Source of the DNA: a phage
Assembly (NCBI GenBank): GCA_020241125.1
Contig: GCA_020241125.1_4708.1
DNA: 64,000 nucleotides
Strand: one strand, 5' to 3'
Shown here: positions 46,492 to 54,820 of the stretch, one piece after another
Position numbering within the stretch: position 1 is the first letter of the stretch
Layout of the letters: each line of letters starts with the position of its first letter
The notes under the pieces: generated by a model
What the model was told of the DNA's origin: nothing
The model's database searches: none
Seen by the model: the letters and a program-made list of their open reading frames with translations, nothing else
Made by a program: the position numbers and the translations under genes

Positions 46492-48102
46492 ATGGACCCA
46501 AAACAGATAGCCATTAAGATTATTACGTTACTGTTTCGTAATGCACAATTGAACCATCCCGATCCCAGTACGATCGAACATGTTAAATCCGTCTTAGATA
46601 AAGTCGAACCCCCGAAAAACCATCTCGCTACAGACGTAGATAGAGAGGTTTTCAACAACCTGATGAATACCATTCATTGGATGTTGGAACAACCATTATC
46701 GGAACCTTTCGATAAACAACAGTTGTTACAAAGGATACGTTTGGATTGCCTTGAACAAAGCAATCTTTACGAGATTCTTGCCGACGGACTGTACGATATC
46801 GAAGACGACGCTCATATCAGTAAGGTCTGTTCACTCTATTACAACGAATTACGTAATCTGATTACCCGTCGTCGTGTTTTCGAAACCTTTAGAAACACGT
46901 ACATGGATATCAGTAACGGGCGACTTGGGGATAAAGAATTTTTCGATGCAATGGCGAATCTGAAATTATCGCTAGACAGTATCGAAATGGATACCGAAAA
47001 TCCCGAAGAGATGTCGTGTATGATTGACGGCTTTATCGCTGACAGCGAAGACGATATCGAGAAAGTCGAACGTATGTTCGTCAAAGCGATGGAACGTAAC
47101 AGTCCTGAAGGTGGATTTGTAACCGGCTGGCAAGGCTTTAATAAAATGTTGGGGTCGGTCGGTGTTTTACGTCGCGGTACCTTAGGACTGATTGGTGCAA
47201 TGCAGCACCGGAACAAGTCAGGCGTGTTGTTAAAACTGTTCACACATCTGGCATTGTACAACAAACCCCATTTCTTTTTCCCGGAGCGAGCAAAGAAAGC
47301 ATTACTGATTCATTTGTCGACAGAAAACGAAGTGGAAGAAAACACGCTTCAGATATACAAGAACATGCGAGAACAGGAAACAGGCGAATATGTCGATATT
47401 CGTAAGATTGACCCTCGCGAGGCATCACGTTATGTGTTGAAGGTGTTCAACGATGCGGGTTTCTCTGTTTGTATGCGTCGTGTTGATGGGATGAGTTATA
47501 AACAACTCGCTAATCTCATCGACCATTTCGAACGCATGGGTTATGAAGTCATGGCGTTGTTCATTGACTATCTGAAAATGTTCTCATCGGAAGGGCTGGA
47601 TAGAAATGGACCGACCGGCGCATGGCTCCAAGAACTCTTCAACAAAGTCCGTAACCTCTGCAGTGTTAAACGTATTTTAGGCATGACCGTACACCAGCTG
47701 TCATCCGATGCGAAGATGCGTGCACGTGATGGCAACGATGAAGAGTTTGTTGACCAAGTCGCAGGTTTAAGTTACTGGGATGGTTGTAAAGGGATTGACC
47801 GTGAGATTGACCTTGAAGTGATTGTTGATATCGTTAAGGAACCGGGCAAACGTCAAAGCTGGCAAGTCTTTGCATTAGGGAAAGACCGTCAACCGGATAA
47901 CGGTTCAACGAAACCTGAAGACAAACACTTCGCAATGCCATTCCAAACCATCGGGATGCTTCCTGATGATTACGGTAAGAAAGCAGTGTATTGCCGCAAG
48001 GTTGGCGGACAACCTGTCTCCGAGGGAGGTAAAGGTCCGTGGAACAAGTTCGATGAAAACGCAGCACCGAGTAATGAATTACAATTTGATTTAGAATTTT
48101 AA
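46492..48102 (+). CDS. possible DnaB-like (SF4, RecA-fold) helicase
   Basis: ALFIDYLKMF resembles DnaB H2/Walker B (hhhhDYLQLM); degenerate Walker A-like LIGAMQHRNKSG; QLSSDAKMRAR resembles the H3 region; start taken at ATG 46492 (ORF opens at 46408). Confidence 0.45.
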   Translation: MDPKQIAIKIITLLFRNAQLNHPDPSTIEHVKSVLDKVEPPKNHLATDVDREVFNNLMNTIHWMLEQPLSEPFDKQQLLQRIRLDCLEQSNLYEILADGLYDIEDDAHISKVCSLYYNELRNLITRRRVFETFRNTYMDISNGRLGDKEFFDAMANLKLSLDSIEMDTENPEEMSCMIDGFIADSEDDIEKVERMFVKAMERNSPEGGFVTGWQGFNKMLGSVGVLRRGTLGLIGAMQHRNKSGVLLKLFTHLALYNKPHFFFPERAKKALLIHLSTENEVEENTLQIYKNMREQETGEYVDIRKIDPREASRYVLKVFNDAGFSVCMRRVDGMSYKQLANLIDHFERMGYEVMALFIDYLKMFSSEGLDRNGPTGAWLQELFNKVRNLCSVKRILGMTVHQLSSDAKMRARDGNDEEFVDQVAGLSYWDGCKGIDREIDLEVIVDIVKEPGKRQSWQVFALGKDRQPDNGSTKPEDKHFAMPFQTIGMLPDDYGKKAVYCRKVGGQPVSEGGKGPWNKFDENAAPSNELQFDLEF

Positions 48103-48106
48103 ACGC

Positions 48107-48163
48107 AAAAAAAAAAAAAGATTGTGCGGTTCCCTCCTCCAACCCGTAAGGGAAGGAGGAGGG
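48107..48163. terminator. conserved hairpin, family copy 7, with A13/T13 run
   Basis: CCCTCCTCC-AACCC-GTAA-GGG-AA-GGAGGAGGG (48132-48163) plus A13 at 48107-48119; between convergent genes. Confidence 0.75.
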
Positions 48164-48179
48164 GTTATGACCGCTTTGA

Positions 48180-48506
48180 TTAACTTATTGTCATGAATTC
48201 ATTAGGTGAAAATTTCCAGCCGTTCTCGGTGAGAAGCGTGTTGAGTTTCGCTGCAACGATAAGCCATGCGTGCATGGCTGTTACATCGTATTGGCGATTC
48301 ACTCGACGTTGGTTTTCGATATTGATTTGCTCCTGTTCAGTGATGTTTGGATAAAGTGCGATAGCGCTAGGTTTACCCAGCGCGCTAGTCATCACCGCCG
48401 TACATTCACTGATAATGTTGTTTAAGTGGTAGTTATACACCGTTCCACGCATGACGCGATGACGGCATTCGATAATAGCGTCGTAAATGATTTCTCGAGT
48501 AATCAT
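48180..48506 (-). CDS. hypothetical protein (108 aa)
   Basis: Intact ORF; followed by conserved hairpin 48132-48163 and T13 run. Confidence 0.55.
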   Translation of the reverse strand: MITREIIYDAIIECRHRVMRGTVYNYHLNNIISECTAVMTSALGKPSAIALYPNITEQEQINIENQRRVNRQYDVTAMHAWLIVAAKLNTLLTENGWKFSPNEFMTIS

Positions 48507-48512
48507 GATAAT

Positions 48513-48914
48513 TTAAAACATACGGTCGTTTTTAGCACGGGCGTCCATTACCAGATCGTAGATGCCTGCGGTTCGTAAGCACTCTTCGTAGTAACGATGT
48601 GTGCCTTCCTCAGCCATCCACGATAACCCTCGGCTATCCGCAACGATAACCAGTTTGTTATTGTTGAACGCACACACCACACGGTATGTCGCGTTGTTAT
48701 TCGGATCGCGAGTGATGAGTTCATAGACGCCGTTAACAGGTTTACTGAATTCGCCGTTTAACGGAACGAGTTCGGTAGTACCTTCAGCAAACGTTACGTT
48801 GATCGGTGATGGATCTTTAGCGATAACAGTATATTCCACATTGTGTTCTTTACTGGTCATAATACCGAAGTAAGAACTCACAGGGGAACGCGGTACACTA
48901 AGAATATTAAACAT
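48513..48914 (-). CDS. hypothetical protein (133 aa)
   Basis: ATG 48914 with AGAGGA RBS. Confidence 0.6.
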   Translation of the reverse strand: MFNILSVPRSPVSSYFGIMTSKEHNVEYTVIAKDPSPINVTFAEGTTELVPLNGEFSKPVNGVYELITRDPNNNATYRVVCAFNNNKLVIVADSRGLSWMAEEGTHRYYEECLRTAGIYDLVMDARAKNDRMF

Positions 48915-48984
48915 AAATGTTGTCCTCTTAATTGGATTTAGATTGTTGGGTATGTGATTGGGAAATGAAAACGTTGTTTCGGTT

Positions 48985-49554
48985 TTAGACGATGAGTGAC
49001 CAGGTAGTAAGCACCCCGCTTGCGAATTCGAGCTTAAGACGTTTACCGATAAGTTGTTGCTGGATCATCTTCTCGGTGATACGTCGATCATGCTGAACCG
49101 CTTTATCAAACGCTTCTTTCGCTTCAGCTTGGTAGAAGTTCGTTTCTTCGTTTTCGTCGATCTCTTCGAGAGCATCGTCGTCGATGTCAGCAAGTTTCAC
49201 TCGACCGTTTTCATCAGGTTGTTCTGCAGGTTCATTGTCATACGGCGTGTCTTTTGTTGGTGCGACACGATGTTGCAACTCGACCTGCGTTAACATGATC
49301 TCCATCTCACCATCGATAGGAATGATTTCATCGGCGCTGCCGTTTTCGGTCAACTCTCGACTTTCCAGTAATGTCGTCGTAACAGAGAACACCTCTTCAA
49401 CAGGAACCTCATCATCGTCGATAGTGTTAACCGTATTGCTGGTAACTTCGGCAACGACCATCAAATCGAATGCGTGAGGATCGCCTGGCATTTTGATTCC
49501 TGGAAGTTTGTTGAGGTACCAAGGATCGAGAATCATGATTTCTGGATTGAACAT
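48985..49554 (-). CDS. acidic hypothetical protein (189 aa)
   Basis: Intact ORF, strongly D/E-rich. Confidence 0.6.
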   Translation of the reverse strand: MFNPEIMILDPWYLNKLPGIKMPGDPHAFDLMVVAEVTSNTVNTIDDDEVPVEEVFSVTTTLLESRELTENGSADEIIPIDGEMEIMLTQVELQHRVAPTKDTPYDNEPAEQPDENGRVKLADIDDDALEEIDENEETNFYQAEAKEAFDKAVQHDRRITEKMIQQQLIGKRLKLEFASGVLTTWSLIV

Positions 49555-49629
49555 CGTTTTTACCTTTCTATGTTAGGTGGGTTGCGGATAGAAGAATCAA
49601 TGCATAGACTGATTTAAGTTTGTTAAGGT

Positions 49630-50532
49630 TTACTTAGTCTTCGAGTTACAAGGACTGACATGTTGTTGTACTCGTTGAATCGTATCGTAGTACGGGTTAG
49701 ATTGGTTGAACATGCTGTTGTGTGGATGATAGCCGTATGGCGCATTTTGCCTTGTTGATGAGAAACCTTGTTGAGAAGGACGATTTGAATTAACCGCGAG
49801 TACGTAGTAAACCAAATTTTGACGGTCGAACGTTCCTTCGTTTTTGAAGGTGTCGGCGTAGGTGTTTATCGCTGGAGCGAGTCTATCACCATCGGCGGTA
49901 ATAATTGTACCGTCTGGGTAAACTTCACGAACGACGCACCATGTTCCGATAAGAACGTCTTTGGGCGGCGTATTGCCGTATCCGGTTGTAACGGTAAGGT
50001 AAGTATCGAACCCTTCAGAACAACAAGGATGACGATAGATAGGTCCTGTCATTTCCGTTCTATCGGTATCGTCGCATTTCTCTATCGAGAGCGATGGTGT
50101 GTCGGTTTTGAAATTGTCAAATTCTTTCTTTAAGTCGATTACAGGTTCTTTCGTATAGTACTTCTTGATTGCTTTGACGTAAAGATCAGGAACGGTTGTC
50201 AGCATTCCGTTATACCTGATTCTCAGGTTTTCGAGTAATCCAAAGATACTCGCGCATGCTTGTTCGCGAGGTTTTGTAAGATAAGAGATCCCCCCAGGAA
50301 CGCTGGGATCTTTGAGAAAGAAGATTGCGTTATTGTCGTTGTGCAGTGCGTTGAAGAAAACGATTGATTCGATATATACGGAGCATAGGCTGTCGTTGGC
50401 GTCGTCAGATAACACCCAGATGCACTCATCGGTCGTCTTGTTTAAAAGTTCTGTTTTGTCCACCAAACGTTGTTTCATTGCGAGGAAATGTGCCTGTTGT
50501 TCAGCGGATAATTCACGATAAATAGTGGTCAT
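49630..50532 (-). CDS. hypothetical protein, tandem paralog of 50618-51391
   Basis: ORF 49630-50610; ATG 50532 with AAGGAG RBS; IYRHPCCSEGFDTYLTVTTGYG ... VREVYPDGTII aligns with IYIHPECHTTYDRYLTITGG ... IREIYPDGRIV. Confidence 0.7.
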   Translation of the reverse strand: MTTIYRELSAEQQAHFLAMKQRLVDKTELLNKTTDECIWVLSDDANDSLCSVYIESIVFFNALHNDNNAIFFLKDPSVPGGISYLTKPREQACASIFGLLENLRIRYNGMLTTVPDLYVKAIKKYYTKEPVIDLKKEFDNFKTDTPSLSIEKCDDTDRTEMTGPIYRHPCCSEGFDTYLTVTTGYGNTPPKDVLIGTWCVVREVYPDGTIITADGDRLAPAINTYADTFKNEGTFDRQNLVYYVLAVNSNRPSQQGFSSTRQNAPYGYHPHNSMFNQSNPYYDTIQRVQQHVSPCNSKTK

Positions 50533-50617
50533 GTTGAGCTCCTTGATTACGATAAGGATGATTGCGGTTTTGTGATGCTGGTAGGGCCCTAAACAAAGGA
50601 GCCCTACCAATATTGGG

Positions 50618-51391
50618 TTACTCAGGATCGGCGTAGAAATGGTGAGGATAGCCGGAGTACGATCCCGCGTTACCGGCTATGGATTCTTTCTGGGAATCGA
50701 CGACGAGCGCATAGAACTGTCGGGAATTTGTTAGCGTTGAGAAATAAGCGGAAAGGACTTTTTCATTCAACGCATCGCAAGGTAGACAGGTGCGACCGCA
50801 AAACGTCACGATACGGCCGTCGGGATAGATCTCACGAATCATTCTCCACTCACCGATATCCACTGGTGATGGCGCTGCTACACCACCTGTTATCGTTAAG
50901 TAACGATCGTACGTGGTATGGCATTCAGGATGAATATAGATCGGCTTGTTCGTTTCGACAGGTTCCGAAGTATCTCGACGACTAAGAAGCTCAACGACTT
51001 CAAGATAAATCGTTGGTAGATCGCGGAGAATACCGGTGCTACGACGTTTCTTTGTGATTCGCGGACGAATCTCGTTGAGAGCGTATTCGAGCTTACGTTC
51101 AGCTTCGTACGCATCGAGTTTTATCAGGCGACCCGGTTCATCGGAATGATCCTGAGTTACGTAAACGAAATACGCGTTGCCTTTTGCAGCGTGAAAGATT
51201 CGAGCGACCTTAAATGTTTCTACGGTACGATACCCAAGGCGCGATTGATTTTCCACAGGAGAAAATATCCAATGTCGTCCTTCGTCCGCCTCAACAATTT
51301 CGTTGAAACTATCCGTTTGTTCTGGGACCTGGTAGTCAGCCATTAATGTATCAAGAGCGTCGTCAGCCAGTTTGATGTAAATATCTGTCAT
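50618..51391 (-). CDS. hypothetical protein, tandem paralog of 49630-50532
   Basis: ORF 50618-51604; ATG 51391 with GAGGAT RBS; promoter-like motif and inverted repeat just upstream. Confidence 0.7.
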   Translation of the reverse strand: MTDIYIKLADDALDTLMADYQVPEQTDSFNEIVEADEGRHWIFSPVENQSRLGYRTVETFKVARIFHAAKGNAYFVYVTQDHSDEPGRLIKLDAYEAERKLEYALNEIRPRITKKRRSTGILRDLPTIYLEVVELLSRRDTSEPVETNKPIYIHPECHTTYDRYLTITGGVAAPSPVDIGEWRMIREIYPDGRIVTFCGRTCLPCDALNEKVLSAYFSTLTNSRQFYALVVDSQKESIAGNAGSYSGYPHHFYADPE

Positions 51392-51424
51392 GTTTGTATC
51401 CTCGGCTATTAAGAGAAATTTACA

Positions 51425-51462
51425 GTGATAACAGTAACCGTTGTTATCACCTAGGTAATGTA
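51425..51462 (-). promoter_or_regulatory. conserved 16-mer plus adjacent 9-bp inverted repeat
   Basis: GTGATAACA-n8-TGTTATCAC (51425-51450) overlapping TCACCTAGGTAATGTA (51447-51462); about 35-70 nt upstream of ATG 51391. Confidence 0.4.
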
Positions 51463-51495
51463 GTCGCGAAATAAACTGGGTTAGACAGTATATGA

Positions 51496-51527
51496 CCCTC
51501 TCCCAACCCGTAAGGGAAGGGAGAGGG
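51496..51527 (-). terminator. conserved hairpin, family copy 8
   Basis: CCCTCTCCC-AACCC-GTAA-GGG-AA-GGGAGAGGG, 5 nt 3' of the stop of 51532-52899. Confidence 0.7.
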
Positions 51528-51531
51528 AATA

Positions 51532-52899
51532 TTAAACGGTTGGACGAACAGTATTGTCTTTTTCTGGTGCAATCCATAACGTGACTGTACCATGGCATGT
51601 CCACTGCGGTTCACGCACAGAAGAACCTGCCATTGTAACAGCGCAATCGGTACGCATGATAACCCCGTATGCTTCGCAGAGATTGTTATCCTGCATCCAC
51701 ACAACTTTAGCGGGCATGCCAGGATACAACAAATCCATGTTTGCGTATTCCCACACCAACTGCATCGTTCTACCGCGTAATCCGGCAGTATTGCTTAATT
51801 CACGCCATCGGTTATCGGTTACGCGTCCCATCCCTTTCGCCACTTTCACGTTATCGCTACGTTCTTCAGTTACGTACTCGCTAACGTTTACGGTACGACT
51901 GATGATCGTATCACCCCCTTTTGATAATGTCATTCCCTGACTCATCTGACTTGCCGAAACAAAACGCCCACCCGCATTACCTAACAACGAAGCCGCGTTA
52001 TTGATGTCGCTTACCGACGCCCCTCTCGTACACGCAATTTCCACGTATTTGTCACGATTGATCCAGGTCTTGTCCATGCCCGGAAACATATCGGCAGGAT
52101 AGTTGTAAAAGATCGCCGTGCGCCGACCGTCAGAGAAACGGGTTTCGTCGTATAAGGGGTAGATATACAGATACGGGGATTGATAATAACAACCGACGTC
52201 AGCTGAATAAATACCGACCTGGTTCTGTATTTTATCTACGAGATCCATCGCATTGGTACCGTGTGGAAGAATAAGCAACTTGAATGGGTTGTCGTTATTC
52301 GGTGCAACAATATCCACACCCTGCATTTTGAATCCGGTGTCAGCTTCAACCGCAGAAAGTATCTTGCTGAATTCAAGTCGCAGTACATCCAGCACTTTCG
52401 ACCCAGTATAGTTCTCACCGGTTTCTGATTGCATGAAGCTTTCAAGAACAGGATCGAACAGTTGAAATTGAAGATCGACCATTTGTTCGTAGTCTTTCTT
52501 CGAAGAATCGGTTGCGGTACGTTCGTCGGTAGCGGACATACGACTGTCTACGGTTGTTAAACAAACCGCTCGGTAGACGTAAGCTTGTGCGGCATCGTCT
52601 ACGGTTTGGCGTTGTCCGCGCATCAGGCTGTACGCCTGCACGATGATGCGCATTTTAAGTTGTTGTTGGTACGGTAGAATGTATTTTCCGTAACTGCCGG
52701 GCGGGAACTTTACAGAGATATAGAGTTCATCTCCAGCGTTACGTTCATAGTCTCGATACGTGTGGACTTGAGTCACTAAAGGAACAGACACCGTCATTGA
52801 CGGCGTGATTAATTCCGCGGTGACTTTATACGCAACAGCAACTGCTTCCTGCGCAAATGTACCGATATACCGTCCTAACGGCGTCTGTTTGTAATCCAT
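51532..52899 (-). CDS. hypothetical virion-module protein (455 aa)
   Basis: Intact ORF with ATG 52899; followed by conserved hairpin 51496-51527. Confidence 0.75.
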   Translation of the reverse strand: MDYKQTPLGRYIGTFAQEAVAVAYKVTAELITPSMTVSVPLVTQVHTYRDYERNAGDELYISVKFPPGSYGKYILPYQQQLKMRIIVQAYSLMRGQRQTVDDAAQAYVYRAVCLTTVDSRMSATDERTATDSSKKDYEQMVDLQFQLFDPVLESFMQSETGENYTGSKVLDVLRLEFSKILSAVEADTGFKMQGVDIVAPNNDNPFKLLILPHGTNAMDLVDKIQNQVGIYSADVGCYYQSPYLYIYPLYDETRFSDGRRTAIFYNYPADMFPGMDKTWINRDKYVEIACTRGASVSDINNAASLLGNAGGRFVSASQMSQGMTLSKGGDTIISRTVNVSEYVTEERSDNVKVAKGMGRVTDNRWRELSNTAGLRGRTMQLVWEYANMDLLYPGMPAKVVWMQDNNLCEAYGVIMRTDCAVTMAGSSVREPQWTCHGTVTLWIAPEKDNTVRPTV

Positions 52900-52901
52900 G
52901 T

Positions 52902-53507
52902 TTAACGACCCCGTTGCTGTTGTTGAATGATGAATTCTTCGATCTTCGTACCACGGAATTCGCTGTGACGAACCGCTTGCAGTTGCTCTTCAACGGTTGG
53001 GCCTGCATTGAGACCACCACGACGTGCGCGGTTGATGCCGATTTTACGGCGCTGACCGATTTCACGTAAACGTGAAGATAATCCGCTCATTTCGGTTGGG
53101 TCTTTAATGCGACCGCGTGCAACGTTCCACAGACCACCCATGAACTCTTCGAGGATACGGCTGGCTTCGAGAGACGGTACGCGCGCGTTAGGGTCGTTTT
53201 CGAGATTGTATTTAACGTATTCCGTATGTTCCAGAAGAAGCATGAACATCTTCATGGCGTTCACGTCAGGATTTGCAATACGCATAGGAACACCACGAGA
53301 ATGTTTTTCAGCAGCCTGCGGTACGGTAAGCTGTGCGGGCACCTCTTCGTTCATGGCCATATCGTCGATTTCTGCAACCCCTGAAGAGTAGACGCCGCTG
53401 ACCTCATTGGTGTAATTGTCCACCATGAATTTACGGGGAATCCAGAATTCGAATTTACGTTCAAATAGACGTTTGGTTGGGGTACCTTTAACGTGTTGTA
53501 GACTCAT
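52902..53507 (-). CDS. hypothetical protein (201 aa)
   Basis: ATG 53507 overlaps the upstream stop as ATGA. Confidence 0.65.
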   Translation of the reverse strand: MSLQHVKGTPTKRLFERKFEFWIPRKFMVDNYTNEVSGVYSSGVAEIDDMAMNEEVPAQLTVPQAAEKHSRGVPMRIANPDVNAMKMFMLLLEHTEYVKYNLENDPNARVPSLEASRILEEFMGGLWNVARGRIKDPTEMSGLSSRLREIGQRRKIGINRARRGGLNAGPTVEEQLQAVRHSEFRGTKIEEFIIQQQQRGR

Positions 53508-54820
53508 GGTTCAATAGCTCCTGCTCGTAACAGCATAATAACGAACGGTGTGAAATAATAACGATCCAGCGGAGAAAGCAACGGTAATGCGTCAACCATC
53601 TGTTTCAGTGCTGGATGACTGATTGCTTTCTCATCGACCATATCACGTACCATACTCTCAATGATTGTCATTGGGGCTTGATTGCGATAGAAAGCCTCTG
53701 TGAAAACATAGTACGGATCGTCCGCTACAGATGGAAACAACGGAACGCCGTCATACTCCATCGATGTAAGGTTGGTCACCAACGGATTTGTCGGTGGTGT
53801 GTTTTCAGGTACAGCCAACTCTTTACCTACGTCTTCACCGAGCGACGTGGTCGCAGGCCACATACAGAACCGCGCACCACTAAAACGAATCCCACCTGCA
53901 GCCGGGTACTGATAGAAACGCTTTGTTGACAACAGTGTGAATTTCACCGTCAACCGCGCCTCGTCTTCCCGACGTCCGTCCATTACCCATTCAAAGACAG
54001 AAATCGCATTCGCTTCCTGGCTGTCGTCTACGTTAAGACGTCCGAAGTTCCATGAAGGTTTTCCTTCAAGCGACGACCATAATTTCGTAAACGCGTTAAC
54101 ACACCAGGGATCGTAGGTTGCCGCATCCTGACCAGGAACAAGTAATGTGTTTAATTCACGGCTGTAGAATTCATGGTAGTACGCGTGACAAAGTCCCAGC
54201 GCACGACGGAGATAATCATACTTACGATTGTATTTCTCCGTTGCCATTACGGGATGTTTTCCGTGCTTTAACTGGTCTTGGTCGTACAGCGTATCCTCAA
54301 CGATTTTCGCTTCCAGTTCGATAAGCTGTTTTTCGTCAAGAATACGCTGGAAGGAAATATCGCATTCGTAAGCCGGTGCTAAGCTAATGTTCTTCGGCGT
54401 GATTCGGGTGATCGTGTACACCGCGATACGATGATCGAGACCGGAGATTAACAGCATGTTACCTAAAAGAGGAACCGATACCGCCGGAAGTATACACGTA
54501 CCCTCGGATTGAAAACGTGCGGTCCCGTTGTCGTACGACGGCGTCAATGACGACATTAACTTGATAGGGTAATGTCTGATGCGACGGTACTGCTGTTCAG
54601 CGATGTCTCGGTTAGCTTGAAAACTGCTTTGTTCATCATCGCGACCGAGAATCTGTTCGTAATAATCACATTCTACGGAATAACCGGATGCGTAATTCAC
54701 TAACCCGATTTGACTATTGTATTGCTCATCCACCACCGCAGAACGATAAACATCGTCGCGAGCCTTCGCGGGTTGTTGGGGGTTGATGGTGGGTTTCGCG
54801 GGCTTCTTAGCGAGCGCCAT
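53504..54820 (-). CDS. hypothetical virion-module protein (438 aa)
   Basis: ATG 54820 with AGGAG RBS. Confidence 0.75.
   Translation of the reverse strand: MALAKKPAKPTINPQQPAKARDDVYRSAVVDEQYNSQIGLVNYASGYSVECDYYEQILGRDDEQSSFQANRDIAEQQYRRIRHYPIKLMSSLTPSYDNGTARFQSEGTCILPAVSVPLLGNMLLISGLDHRIAVYTITRITPKNISLAPAYECDISFQRILDEKQLIELEAKIVEDTLYDQDQLKHGKHPVMATEKYNRKYDYLRRALGLCHAYYHEFYSRELNTLLVPGQDAATYDPWCVNAFTKLWSSLEGKPSWNFGRLNVDDSQEANAISVFEWVMDGRREDEARLTVKFTLLSTKRFYQYPAAGGIRFSGARFCMWPATTSLGEDVGKELAVPENTPPTNPLVTNLTSMEYDGVPLFPSVADDPYYVFTEAFYRNQAPMTIIESMVRDMVDEKAISHPALKQMVDALPLLSPLDRYYFTPFVIMLLRAGAIEP

Noticed and set aside
48155-48191. ATG codons 4-6 nt after the purine-rich hairpin arm (GGAGGAGGG-n-ATG), seen at several family hairpins
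   Set aside because: The downstream frames are only 6-18 codons and not conserved between copies; the SD-like arm is better explained as the purine half of the terminator stem.
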